From an uncultured virus (IMG/VR IMGVR_UViG_3300017989_000070) (Duplodnaviria > Heunggongvirae > Uroviricota > Caudoviricetes), in IMG/VR virus record IMGVR_UViG_3300017989_000070: a DNA stretch of 61,072 bases; one strand, written 5' to 3'. A program made the translations under genes and the position numbers. The notes below the pieces were generated by a model. The model saw only the letters and a list, made by a program, of their open reading frames with translations, was not told where the DNA came from and ran no database searches. This document shows, piece by piece, positions 18,467 to 27,154 of this stretch. How positions within the stretch are numbered: the stretch's first letter is position 1; each line of letters opens with the position of its first letter.

Positions 18467-19329
18467 AACTGCCTCGCCAGGTCGGCGTCGGTCGTGTGGA
18501 ACGTCTTGCCACCCATGACGAACGAGTAGACACGCGCCATGCCCCACGCCTGCTGGGAAGCACCGGGGCGATGCCCGGTACGCCACGCCGCCATCCCGCG
18601 GTCGTAGACCTCTTGGAGGATGCGCCTGGGTATGCCCGTCGCCCTGGCGACCTTGTCGACCGACCCTGCGTTCTCCTCGCCGAACTCCTCGTGGTAGGCC
18701 CTGGTGTACTTCGAGGGCCGGGTCTTCTTCCCCTTGTCGCTCGGGAAGGGCTTGTAGGCGGCGGGGTCCTCCCAGTCCATCTCGGCGCGCTTCTCGAACT
18801 CCTTGAGCCGCCGCTTCTTCGCAGCGCCCTTCACGCCAGTCGTGTAGCGAGCGGGAGGGTTCTGCACACGAGAGTGATAGAGCATCGTCTTGACGCTCTC
18901 GGGGTCACCGAGGATCGACTCGACGCCGAAGTGCTTGTCCTCCAGATCGACAAGCTCGTCGAAGGTGACCCACGCCCACTCATCGGTCTCCCAGTTCGCC
19001 TCCGCGTCGAACTCCCGCGGCACGACGCCGAGAAAGTTGTAGTAGGAGAAGTCCCCGTCCCGGAAGACGAGCATCGGCACGAGGTGAGGCCGGAGCCGGG
19101 AGCGCGTCTCCTCGCGGAACTCGCGCAGCGCGGCCTCCTCGGGGTCCTCGGACACCCAGCCCTCGTCGGTGTACACGTCATCGACCTTGCCGCCGATGGT
19201 GCCCCATGTGCCCGGCTCGTTGACCTGCCACGAGCGCAGCGCCACGAGGAACCTTCCGGTGTCTTCCGCAACAGGGATGAGACCCGCGCCAGCCCTGCCC
19301 CAGTACTCGGGGTTCTGTCGCCAAAACAT
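18463..19329 (-). CDS. NUDIX hydrolase fused to a DUF5824-like domain
   Basis: GGKVD..EDPEEAALREFREET Nudix box; C-terminal VYDRGMAAWRTGHRPGASQQAWGMARVYSF. Confidence 0.85.
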   Translation of the reverse strand: MFWRQNPEYWGRAGAGLIPVAEDTGRFLVALRSWQVNEPGTWGTIGGKVDDVYTDEGWVSEDPEEAALREFREETRSRLRPHLVPMLVFRDGDFSYYNFLGVVPREFDAEANWETDEWAWVTFDELVDLEDKHFGVESILGDPESVKTMLYHSRVQNPPARYTTGVKGAAKKRRLKEFEKRAEMDWEDPAAYKPFPSDKGKKTRPSKYTRAYHEEFGEENAGSVDKVARATGIPRRILQEVYDRGMAAWRTGHRPGASQQAWGMARVYSFVMGGKTFHTTDADLARQL

Positions 19330-19483
19330 GAGGGGATAGTAGCACGGCTGAATGGCCTTTGAAGGCGCCAGAAGGCGCTTCTGAGGGCTCGTAGGGGCCC
19401 GAGAGTACCCTGGGTCACCCCGGGGGCCTTCCGGCCAGCAGAGAGCGTTATCAGAAGGGGCTCAAGAGGGTGTTTTCCCTGGC

Positions 19484-19888
19484 TCAGGGCCAGGTAATGC
19501 CCCGCTCCCGGGTCCTCTCCCGCCATGACTCCTGCGGGGGCGCGACCTTGACGAGCCAGTCGAGGATCTTCGAGGGATCGACACCGATGGGGAAGACCTT
19601 CGTGCGGTACTTCCCGCGCGAGCGCACGACCTGGGCGAACACCTTGTCGGGCCTGTCCCGGGCGGCAAAGACGCCGAACTCCCGGAACTGCCCCCCGGTC
19701 ATGATCTCCGCCGCGCCCCCGAGCCAGCCCTTGACCCGGTCGTCGCGCCTGTAGAGGTTCGAAGCCCCCTCACCACCAGCCTCGGCGTCGAAGCCGCGGA
19801 AGGAGCCGTAGAGGTCGAAGAGGTCTGGTGCCAGTTCAAGAAAGAGGCGGCGTGCTTCATCGACTTGGTACTAGGTCAAGCGGCTCAT
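19484..19888 (-). pseudogene. hypothetical gene interrupted by an in-frame TAG at codon 6
   Basis: ATG 19888 overlaps the upstream stop; TAG at 19871-19873; frame then open to 19484. Confidence 0.5.
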
Positions 19889-20436
19889 GCCGTCGCCTCG
19901 ATAGGTGTTGGCAACTCCTCGCCATTGATGCCAATGATGGTCACGGGCACACCCTCCAAGAGACGTATCTCACACTCCATGTCACCGTAGTTGGCGTACA
20001 GGACCAAGCTGTTGTACCAGTCCACGTACTCCGGGCGCACAACGCCGAAGAGAACGAACTCCTCGTAGCCCTCCGCGTATGTGCCCCAGTGTGGTTGTTC
20101 GCAACCCTCACGGAAAGACCAGAAGACACCCACCTCATCCATCCGTATGCCCTGTCGACCTTGTGCCGTCAAAGCTCTCCAGATGAGGATGCCGTCCTGT
20201 TGTTCCCACTCCTTCATCAATGAGATGTACTCCTCGATATTGTTCAACATATCGAGAACCTTGTGCCACTCATCATCACGTTGTGGATCTTCGTTGTACT
20301 TCTCCAGAAACTCTTCGGCCTCGACGTGGTTGTGCACCTCCCGGGGGAAGTCGTACTCCCGACGAAGATCCTGAACGATGCGATCAAAAGAAGTAGAAAC
20401 ATCTGGGAAATCCCCGGGTGCTGGCAGCTTCCTCAT
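19885..20436 (-). CDS. ADP-ribosyltransferase-like protein (R-S-E)
   Basis: IWRAL..GVFWSF..DMECEIRL; ends PIEATA, as does 17137-17706. Confidence 0.65.
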   Translation of the reverse strand: MRKLPAPGDFPDVSTSFDRIVQDLRREYDFPREVHNHVEAEEFLEKYNEDPQRDDEWHKVLDMLNNIEEYISLMKEWEQQDGILIWRALTAQGRQGIRMDEVGVFWSFREGCEQPHWGTYAEGYEEFVLFGVVRPEYVDWYNSLVLYANYGDMECEIRLLEGVPVTIIGINGEELPTPIEATA

Positions 20437-20912
20437 GACAACCTCAACCTGAGCCCTCGTGCCTCCGCCTCGAACGCCGCGATGGCCTCGGTCATCGCCT
20501 GGTCCTTGCCGCTGGCGACGTAGTCGCTCTTCTCCCCGAAGCGCCCCGTCCACTCGTCGTAGTCGTTGCGGTCGATCGAGATGGCGCTGATCGTCCAGTC
20601 TCTGAAGCCACGCTTGACCTCCAGCGCCGAGAGATTCTTCCCCCAGGACTCCAGGCGGTCGAGGCTCTGGTGGACCTTGCGCGCCAGCTTCCGCGTCGCG
20701 GGGTCGCCCGTCAGCGTGGCGAGGCAGTCGCCGCCCATGGGGCCCTTCGAGGTCAGGAAGACGTACTTGATGGGGCTCCCGCAGCGGATGCAGTAGGGCT
20801 CCTCGCCCACCATCGGCCCGAGCGCCGCGTGCGCCGGTTCCGTGCCTGCGGTGACGAAGCCCTCGATGTCGAGGTCTTCGGCCAGATCCTTGTCGCCCTT
20901 GCGTCGTCTCAT
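20433..20912 (-). CDS. putative Zn-binding protein
   Basis: CIRCGSPIKY..GGDC. Confidence 0.6.
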   Translation of the reverse strand: MRRRKGDKDLAEDLDIEGFVTAGTEPAHAALGPMVGEEPYCIRCGSPIKYVFLTSKGPMGGDCLATLTGDPATRKLARKVHQSLDRLESWGKNLSALEVKRGFRDWTISAISIDRNDYDEWTGRFGEKSDYVASGKDQAMTEAIAAFEAEARGLRLRLS

Positions 20913-21304
20913 TCCACCCACGCAGCAATCACAGGGACATCCCCATAACCCCGATCTCTTGCAACAGCGAGACGATGAAGACCGTCCCAGAGATCAACAG
21001 GATAATCTTCATCACCCAGCAGCAGCAGGAGAGGAGCATCGTCGAGGAAGCCCCCATCGTCCAGCCACGACTGAACACGTTCGTACCTCTCCTCGAAGTC
21101 CTCGGGGTCGGTGCGCTCCTCCAAAGCGATCTGGTCAGAAGCCCCGACAGCGAGAAAGAGATCCCAGACGCTCACAGAAAAACGCCGCCAATCGAGAAGC
21201 TCATCATCCCTCGTCAGAAGATCATCGGCATTCGGGCTCTCCACCAAGACATCCACGGGCTTGGCTTCTTCATACAGCGCAAAGATGCGTTCTTCTGGTG
21301 TCAT
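20909..21304 (-). CDS. ParB/sulfiredoxin-fold protein
   Basis: PLLL..LWDGLHRLAVA..DVPV. Confidence 0.7.
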   Translation of the reverse strand: MTPEERIFALYEEAKPVDVLVESPNADDLLTRDDELLDWRRFSVSVWDLFLAVGASDQIALEERTDPEDFEERYERVQSWLDDGGFLDDAPLLLLLGDEDYPVDLWDGLHRLAVARDRGYGDVPVIAAWVE

Positions 21305-21804
21305 TCCCACCCCTCGACATCCGCGACCGGCACCACCGCCACGAGCCACGAGGGCTCGAAGCGCACGGGCTCACCGGGCTCGCGGCTCACCCACTCCTTC
21401 TCGCTGTCCTTCCACACGAACGACTCAAGCTCCGCCTCGCGCCACGCGGCCTCGACGTCGTCCTCGTCGGGCTCCCAGAAGTCGTACTCGTCGGGGTCGA
21501 TGTCCTCGGGCGGCTCGTAGAGCCAGGTCAGGTCGAGTTGCTCGCGCCAGCCCTCACCCGCGATGTACGCGGCCTGCTCGGGGTGAGCGTCGTACCACTC
21601 CTCGTCGTACTCGACGCGGTCGAGCGAGGGGCCGAGCTTCGAGCGGTCGAAGACGAGCAGCACGTCGTTCGCGCTGATGTCCCCGCCGATGATGGGCTCC
21701 TCGGCGAAGGAGACGAAGGCCTCGTAGTTCTTGGGGCGCACCTCGCCGCTCGCCTGGATGGCGTGCGCGCCGCCGAACGAGGTCGTGTGGTAGAGGTGCT
21801 TCAC
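21301..21804 (-). CDS. ART-fold protein
   Basis: LYHTTS..IQASGEVRP..FVSFA..LVFD..EKEW. Confidence 0.6.
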   Translation of the reverse strand: MKHLYHTTSFGGAHAIQASGEVRPKNYEAFVSFAEEPIIGGDISANDVLLVFDRSKLGPSLDRVEYDEEWYDAHPEQAAYIAGEGWREQLDLTWLYEPPEDIDPDEYDFWEPDEDDVEAAWREAELESFVWKDSEKEWVSREPGEPVRFEPSWLVAVVPVADVEGWE

Positions 21805-22007
21805 TCCGCCTCCAGTGGGGCCACCATCGTGGGAGTGTCCTTCTCGTCGCTGGTCTTGAACTCGCGGATGTTCTCAGCCTTGGCCTGGACCAGCGCGATG
21901 TGAAGAGCGAGCGCGAGCGTCACCCCCACGATGCCCACGACCAGGGGAGTCGAGTACTTGTCCGCGGGGAGTTCGATCTCCTGGCCGATGAGCTTGAGCT
22001 TGATCAC
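21801..22007 (-). CDS. small single-TM protein
   Basis: PLVVGIVGVTLALALHIALV. Confidence 0.6.
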   Translation of the reverse strand: MIKLKLIGQEIELPADKYSTPLVVGIVGVTLALALHIALVQAKAENIREFKTSDEKDTPTMVAPLEAE

Positions 22008-22687
22008 TCCAGCGCCTCACGGACCTGAGCATTCCCACGCTCATGTGGGTAGTCCATCAAGTCCTGAATGCGGTTCCGCGTCACGATCATGTAGATGTAG
22101 GGCTCCCCCGAGGCGAACGCCCCGAAGGTGCGGTGGTTGCCGTCGCGGATCTGCACCCAGAAGTCGCCGAGGTCCCCCTCGTCATTGGCGACGGCAGCAG
22201 CAAGCTCCTCTTCGAGCCGAGCCTTCTCCTCGGCCCACTCCTCGGCGTCGTCCTCCGGGTCGAGGTACAACTCGTCGGCGATGTACTCGTCGCCCTCCGC
22301 GAGGTAGCGGTCCAGTTCCTCGTCGCCCGTCGTGTACGGCTCCTCTTCGTCGGCATATTCGAGGGACTCCTTGACCAAGTCGAGGTCGATGACCCCAACG
22401 TCACCGTAGGGCGCGGTGAAGACGAGGCGCTCCTCGGCCTGGTCGACGCCCGAGACGATGGCCGCGAGCTTGTCCGCGTCGAAGATGTTCCCCGCGATGG
22501 CCCGGACATTGTGGGGGTAGACGCGGATCATGCGCCCGTCGATGCCGTCCCAGATGATGTTGCGCCCGTAGTACGGGGCGGAAGGCTCAAGCGCCCCCGC
22601 GGCGGTCTTCGGGTAGAAGTCGTCGAGTTCGCCGTAACCGCTCTCGGCAAGTTCAGTGAGATACCCTACATCCGAAGGATTTCGCAT
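22004..22687 (-). CDS. ParB-like domain protein, starts MRNP
   Basis: QIRDGNHRTFGA with acidic insertion; TATCAT 6 nt upstream of ATG. Confidence 0.65.
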   Translation of the reverse strand: MRNPSDVGYLTELAESGYGELDDFYPKTAAGALEPSAPYYGRNIIWDGIDGRMIRVYPHNVRAIAGNIFDADKLAAIVSGVDQAEERLVFTAPYGDVGVIDLDLVKESLEYADEEEPYTTGDEELDRYLAEGDEYIADELYLDPEDDAEEWAEEKARLEEELAAAVANDEGDLGDFWVQIRDGNHRTFGAFASGEPYIYMIVTRNRIQDLMDYPHERGNAQVREALE

Positions 22688-22705
22688 GCAGCGATGATAC
22701 AGAAG

Positions 22706-22996
22706 TCAGGGCATCAGGTCGACTTGGAGACGGTAGACCGTGAAGAGAGCATCGTGGTCGAGATCGAGGGGCAGGTCCCACCGCTCGACCCAGATGTTCT
22801 GCTGGTCGGCGCGGGGGTTGAACTCGTCGATGATCCGCCGCCTGACGTTGACGGGGAGCGTCCACTCCTGGCCGAACTCCGCGTCGGCGAAGTACAACTC
22901 GATGGCCTCCGCGACCCGGGTGCTGTTCGAGAAGAGGCCGACGAACCGTTCGGGCATCTCTTCGATCTGCCGGTCCACGAGCAGGTACTTGTACAT
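22706..22996 (-). CDS. hypothetical protein
   Basis: TGATG coupling to the upstream gene; MYKYLLV.. Confidence 0.6.
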   Translation of the reverse strand: MYKYLLVDRQIEEMPERFVGLFSNSTRVAEAIELYFADAEFGQEWTLPVNVRRRIIDEFNPRADQQNIWVERWDLPLDLDHDALFTVYRLQVDLMP

Positions 22997-23157
22997 CACC
23001 AGTATCCCTTCGGGCAGTGCATCGAGGCAATCCTCGCCTTGACGGCCATGAAGCACTTACAGATCGAGCAGCGGAGCTTGCCGAGCCAGACCATCTGGTA
23101 CGGGCACCGCTGACACGTGCCGTAGCGGTGGTTGAAGGTGGCCTGGTCGACGAACAT
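22996..23157 (-). CDS. DUF6171-like Cys-rich small protein (not in ORF track)
   Basis: MFVDQATFNHRYGTCQRCP..RCSICKCFMAVKA..HCPKGYW. Confidence 0.7.
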   Translation of the reverse strand: MFVDQATFNHRYGTCQRCPYQMVWLGKLRCSICKCFMAVKARIASMHCPKGYW

Positions 23158-23597
23158 CAGAACCAGCCGCCTCCGCCGACACCGCCTCCACCGATGGGCC
23201 CACCACCGCCCTGCTGCGGATTCGGGGGCTGCGGCACCTGGCGGCGACCGGCCTGGAAGTTCCGCAGGTGGCGCGCGAGATCATCGTAATAGAGCCGGTA
23301 GGTCAGCACCGTGCGGCCCTGGGGGTTCACGCAGTTGCTGCCGGGGCAGTAGACCTGGCCGCGCCAGCCCTGGCCGTCAGGCACGACGCCCTGGACCTGT
23401 CCGCCCTGGATCAGGGTCACGACCTCGTTCCACGGGTAGTGAATGAGGACCTCACGACCACACTCGTGGCAGGTGAGCATGACCTCGACCCCGAGCACGG
23501 GGCCGTAGGGCACGAGGCGCCCGTACTTGTCCTGCTTCTTCTGGCGAGCGGGACGGGTCTTCGTGGGAAAGCTGTCGTCGAAAAGCTGGTTGCTCAT
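23157..23597 (-). CDS. Zn-ribbon protein with P/Q/G-rich tail
   Basis: CHECG..CPGSNC. Confidence 0.6.
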   Translation of the reverse strand: MSNQLFDDSFPTKTRPARQKKQDKYGRLVPYGPVLGVEVMLTCHECGREVLIHYPWNEVVTLIQGGQVQGVVPDGQGWRGQVYCPGSNCVNPQGRTVLTYRLYYDDLARHLRNFQAGRRQVPQPPNPQQGGGGPIGGGGVGGGGWF

Positions 23598-23606
23598 GGT
23601 GTTTCC

Positions 23607-24206
23607 TTACCCCCTGGCGTAGCCGCCGAATACGTAGCCGAACTCGAAGGTGCGGTCCGCTGGCACAACTGGGTCCACGTCCCTGTCGAGCGCCACAAAA
23701 CGTACCGATACGACCATGAAATCGTTGATCGCCTTCTCCTCGAAGGCGGTAATTGCCTGACCCCCACCAGCGGCGAAGGTCCCGAAGGGGTGCTGGTTGT
23801 CCGGGTCGTTGAGAACCGGAAGACGGGTGATCCTCCAGCGCCGCTCCGCGATCTGGGTTCCGGGGTTCCGCGGGTCGCGCGAGGACACCAACTCCGTAGG
23901 CGCCGCCCGGCGGTTGCTGAACAGAGGGTCGGTCACGTCCCGGATACGGCTGGGACTGGTGTAGAAGTAGGGCGCGATCTCGATCCACTTGACGTCGGTG
24001 GGGTTCGTCGGGGCAGCGAAATCTTCGTAGAGGTAGAAAATCAACTGCTGCCCGGTGCCCACGAAAACCGGAGCGGCTGCACCACCGATCAGACGTTCGG
24101 GCTCAGTGATAGCCCCGCCGCCAAAAGTCAGACTCGTTCCAGTGAGTGTCGAGAAAAAGGGCCCGACCCCCTGCATCACAGAATCTCTCGTCGGACCTTT
24201 GAACAT
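23607..24206 (-). CDS. beta-rich hypothetical protein (possibly structural)
   Basis: 199 aa; GGAGG RBS. Confidence 0.6.
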   Translation of the reverse strand: MFKGPTRDSVMQGVGPFFSTLTGTSLTFGGGAITEPERLIGGAAAPVFVGTGQQLIFYLYEDFAAPTNPTDVKWIEIAPYFYTSPSRIRDVTDPLFSNRRAAPTELVSSRDPRNPGTQIAERRWRITRLPVLNDPDNQHPFGTFAAGGGQAITAFEEKAINDFMVVSVRFVALDRDVDPVVPADRTFEFGYVFGGYARG

Positions 24207-24435
24207 TCACGCGCCTCCTGCTGGGGACGGTAGCACACCGCCTATGCCATCCTCAACAGTTGACGCCAACGTAGCCACCCTGGTACAGCTTGTCTTGCCT
24301 TGTTCAGCGGTCCGGGAAAGGGATTTCTTCGTCTTCAACCACGAGGAGAACCTCGATCTCGGGCCTTCCGATGGGCGGAGGGGGCGAGGGGTGCGGCGCT
24401 CGTCGTCGCACCCCTCGCATACGACTGGAGGACTC

Positions 24436-25254
24436 ATGCGCACCTGGGTTTTTGCTGACTTCGCGGTCCCGTCCGAGGACGACATCAAGATGCTCGCCGA
24501 CTGCGGCGTGTCCGACGTGGTGCTTGGCGTCGCGACCAGCAAGGGGAACTGGAAGCTGAACTACAGCCGTGAGAAGTGGCTGGAAGCGGCCAAGCTCTGC
24601 TCCCAGCACTTCATGAAGCACCACTACATGTTCTGGGGCGTGCCCAACCCGAACCACATGACGATGGCGCTGGAGACCCTGACGAGCATGGGCTCGGTCA
24701 GTGGTGCGACCTCGATCATGATCGACGCCGAGGGCACCTGGCACAAGGGCAACACGGCGGACCGTGACGCGACCATCGACGTGCTGAGCGAGTACGACGG
24801 CTACTTCGGAGTGACCGGGCTCGACCGGATGCACAAGACGGTCAAGCCGCTGGCCGAGAAGGTCGACTACCTGCTCCCCCAGGCGTACAGCTTCTGGAAG
24901 CCCGGCGGCGCGGAGCACTGGAGCCACTCGACGCACACGTTCCCGGCGTACCAGCAGCGGCGCGCCTACGAGTCCTGGGGCGTGCCCTTCCCCTCGAAGC
25001 CCTACGTCATGGGGCTCGCCTGCTACTGGGGCAAGCGGCCCAAGAGCGGCGTCTTCCCCGGCATCACGGACATCCAGAGCATGCGCTTCGCGATGACCGA
25101 GACAATAGCCATCTGGCACGAGGCCGCGAACGGATCGGAGCACCCCGAAGGGTGGTTCCACGGCGTGGCCTACTGGAGCCTCAAGCACCTTCGCGGGGAC
25201 ACCGCCGAGAGGCAGGCGCGCCGCGAGTTTCTGACCATGCTTCAGGAAGCGTAG
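24436..25254 (+). CDS. TIM-barrel glycoside hydrolase-like protein (putative endolysin, GH25-like)
   Basis: GGAGGA RBS; IMIDAE acidic pair; LPQAY motif. Confidence 0.55.
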   Translation: MRTWVFADFAVPSEDDIKMLADCGVSDVVLGVATSKGNWKLNYSREKWLEAAKLCSQHFMKHHYMFWGVPNPNHMTMALETLTSMGSVSGATSIMIDAEGTWHKGNTADRDATIDVLSEYDGYFGVTGLDRMHKTVKPLAEKVDYLLPQAYSFWKPGGAEHWSHSTHTFPAYQQRRAYESWGVPFPSKPYVMGLACYWGKRPKSGVFPGITDIQSMRFAMTETIAIWHEAANGSEHPEGWFHGVAYWSLKHLRGDTAERQARREFLTMLQEA

Positions 25255-25263
25255 GAGGGAGTG

Positions 25264-25416
25264 ATGGACGAAGAGAAGATCGCCAGAGACATTCTGGAGG
25301 AGAAGGACCCGAAGAGCCTGACAGAGGGTGAGCACGTCGCGCTCGCCCTCTACAACCTCGCCGACACCATCGGGGAGTTCATCGACCAGAGCATCGGGGA
25401 CGACGAGGAAGATTGA
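25264..25416 (+). CDS. small acidic protein
   Basis: GGAGG RBS; MDEEKIARDIL.., 50 aa. Confidence 0.55.
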   Translation: MDEEKIARDILEEKDPKSLTEGEHVALALYNLADTIGEFIDQSIGDDEED

Positions 25417-25569
25417 TCGACCTCGCGTGCTCGTGTACATTCTCGCGTGAGCGCACGCGCTCGCTCGGCCCACTGCTCCTGGGGTAGACACAGTCCCCCG
25501 GTAGCCCCCACACCGGGCCCTCTGCTGACAAGGCACACAGCATCGAAGGAGAAGCAGCAGGGCCGAGCC

Positions 25570-26157
25570 CTATGCACGACCCGTGGGCACGACCTTCTTC
25601 TTGCGCACGAACTCGACGCCAGGCGGCGCAGGCTCGCCGTTCTTCACCATGATCTTGAGCTTCGACCAGTCGACCGTGAGACAGTCGCGCGGGATCTTGT
25701 CGAAGTCCACGATCTGGATGTCGACCTCCTCTCGGTAGGAGACCCCCGAGGGCGCCTCGATCGACTCGACCTGGGCGAGCGCCGCAGCGTCCCCCTTCGC
25801 GGCGAGTGCGATGCGCGCTTGGTTCGCCGCCTCCCGCCTCTCGACCGCCTCGGCCATGATGCGCTGCACGCGGGTCTTGGCCTGCTTCCAGGCGTCGAGG
25901 GCAGGCTTGAAGTGGGCGTTGATGGTCTTCTGCGCGTCGAACGCTGGCTTGGCGACCTTCTTGCGCAGCGCGTCCAACTCCTTGAACCGCTGGTGCGCGC
26001 TCGCCAGGATGGCCGAGGCCTTCTCCTCGTCTTCGGGCGTCTCGACGGCCCAGGATTCGAGGACCTTGATCAGGTTCTCGGCGGTCTCGCGGCTCGCGGC
26101 GACCTCCGCGCTCGTCGCGGGGAGCACCGTGTAGGTTGCGATGGGTTCTTCGCTCAT
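25570..26157 (-). CDS. Gp157/Gam-like coiled-coil protein
   Basis: IVDFDKIPRDCLTVD..PPGVEF C-terminal signature. Confidence 0.65.
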   Translation of the reverse strand: MSEEPIATYTVLPATSAEVAASRETAENLIKVLESWAVETPEDEEKASAILASAHQRFKELDALRKKVAKPAFDAQKTINAHFKPALDAWKQAKTRVQRIMAEAVERREAANQARIALAAKGDAAALAQVESIEAPSGVSYREEVDIQIVDFDKIPRDCLTVDWSKLKIMVKNGEPAPPGVEFVRKKKVVPTGRA

Positions 26158-26160
26158 GAA

Positions 26161-27036
26161 TCACACCTTTCGGACGTGTCTCTTGTTCTTGTAACCGTTG
26201 TTTTTCGCGTAGGTGTTGGGCGCGACGGTGAACCTCTGCCCGGTGTGGAAAGACGCATCAACCGTGGTGAGAAACAAGGACACACCTCCGGGAGAAAATA
26301 TCCACTCGGGCGTTGGTCGCCCCATAGGCCCCACGGCTTCCACCTGGCGCATAAGCCCCTGTTCCAGAAAACACTCATTCACAGCGGCCAATATGACAGC
26401 CGTGTTGTGGGGAGCCCCACTCGACGACACCCAACGGACATGTCTTGCAAGCTGGGTCGATGTCATCTCCCCCGGCTTGATCGAGAAACGACTCTCAAAT
26501 TCATCAATCCGCTTCTGCGACTCCTCGACATCCTCCGTAAGACGAACCTGCTGATCTTGGAGTGCTTTGCTGGAGGCCTTCAGCACCTCAATCTGTCGGC
26601 GATTGTCGAATATGCGATCCAGCATATGACGCATATAAGCGTAATCTCGATCGATGTCCGACAGGTCCTCGGGATCTTGGCTCTTGTGATAGACAACAAT
26701 GCCCCGATCTTCGTCCCGCCGGACCCGGAACTGCTGCCGGAGCCACTTGCGCAGATGGTAAGCAACAGGAGAGGAGGAGAGGTCGCAGATGGTGAGAAAA
26801 CCCTCTTCTGAAAAAACGAGTTGGCGCTTGCCGTCGACCGTCAAGTCGCGCGTGTCCTCCTCGGCGAACTCCTCACTGTTCTTGTTCAAGATATGGGAGA
26901 TCGTCGAACGATCCACCTCCAAGGCCTGGCAGATGTCCAAAGCCGTAAACCAGCTTTTCCCGTAGACATCGGTGATGTCGCGGATCTCGGAATTGTCAAA
27001 GTGCCCCAACACCTTTATGGTTACGGAATCCTTCAC
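26161..27036 (-). CDS. BRO-N domain (antirepressor-like) protein
   Basis: WFTALDICQALE..VFSEEGFL..LRKWL; lower GC. Confidence 0.7.
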   Translation of the reverse strand: MKDSVTIKVLGHFDNSEIRDITDVYGKSWFTALDICQALEVDRSTISHILNKNSEEFAEEDTRDLTVDGKRQLVFSEEGFLTICDLSSSPVAYHLRKWLRQQFRVRRDEDRGIVVYHKSQDPEDLSDIDRDYAYMRHMLDRIFDNRRQIEVLKASSKALQDQQVRLTEDVEESQKRIDEFESRFSIKPGEMTSTQLARHVRWVSSSGAPHNTAVILAAVNECFLEQGLMRQVEAVGPMGRPTPEWIFSPGGVSLFLTTVDASFHTGQRFTVAPNTYAKNNGYKNKRHVRKV

Positions 27037-27154
27037 GAATTGCTCCTTCCTTGAAAATTTTCAAGGCTACAGGGTCTATCCTTGATCAACTTTGGCCTCT
27101 TACCTTGTTACCACAAAGGCAGGTGTATTCAAGGTTAGAACACAAACTTGTTCA

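Noticed and set aside
19871..19873. Genome-wide TAG recoding
   Set aside because: Many genes end cleanly at TAG (for example 572, 2793, 4920, 25254); only one in-frame case was seen.
20909..22687. Plasmid-type partition system
   Set aside because: Only isolated ParB-N-like motifs, with no HTH, ParA or parS array.
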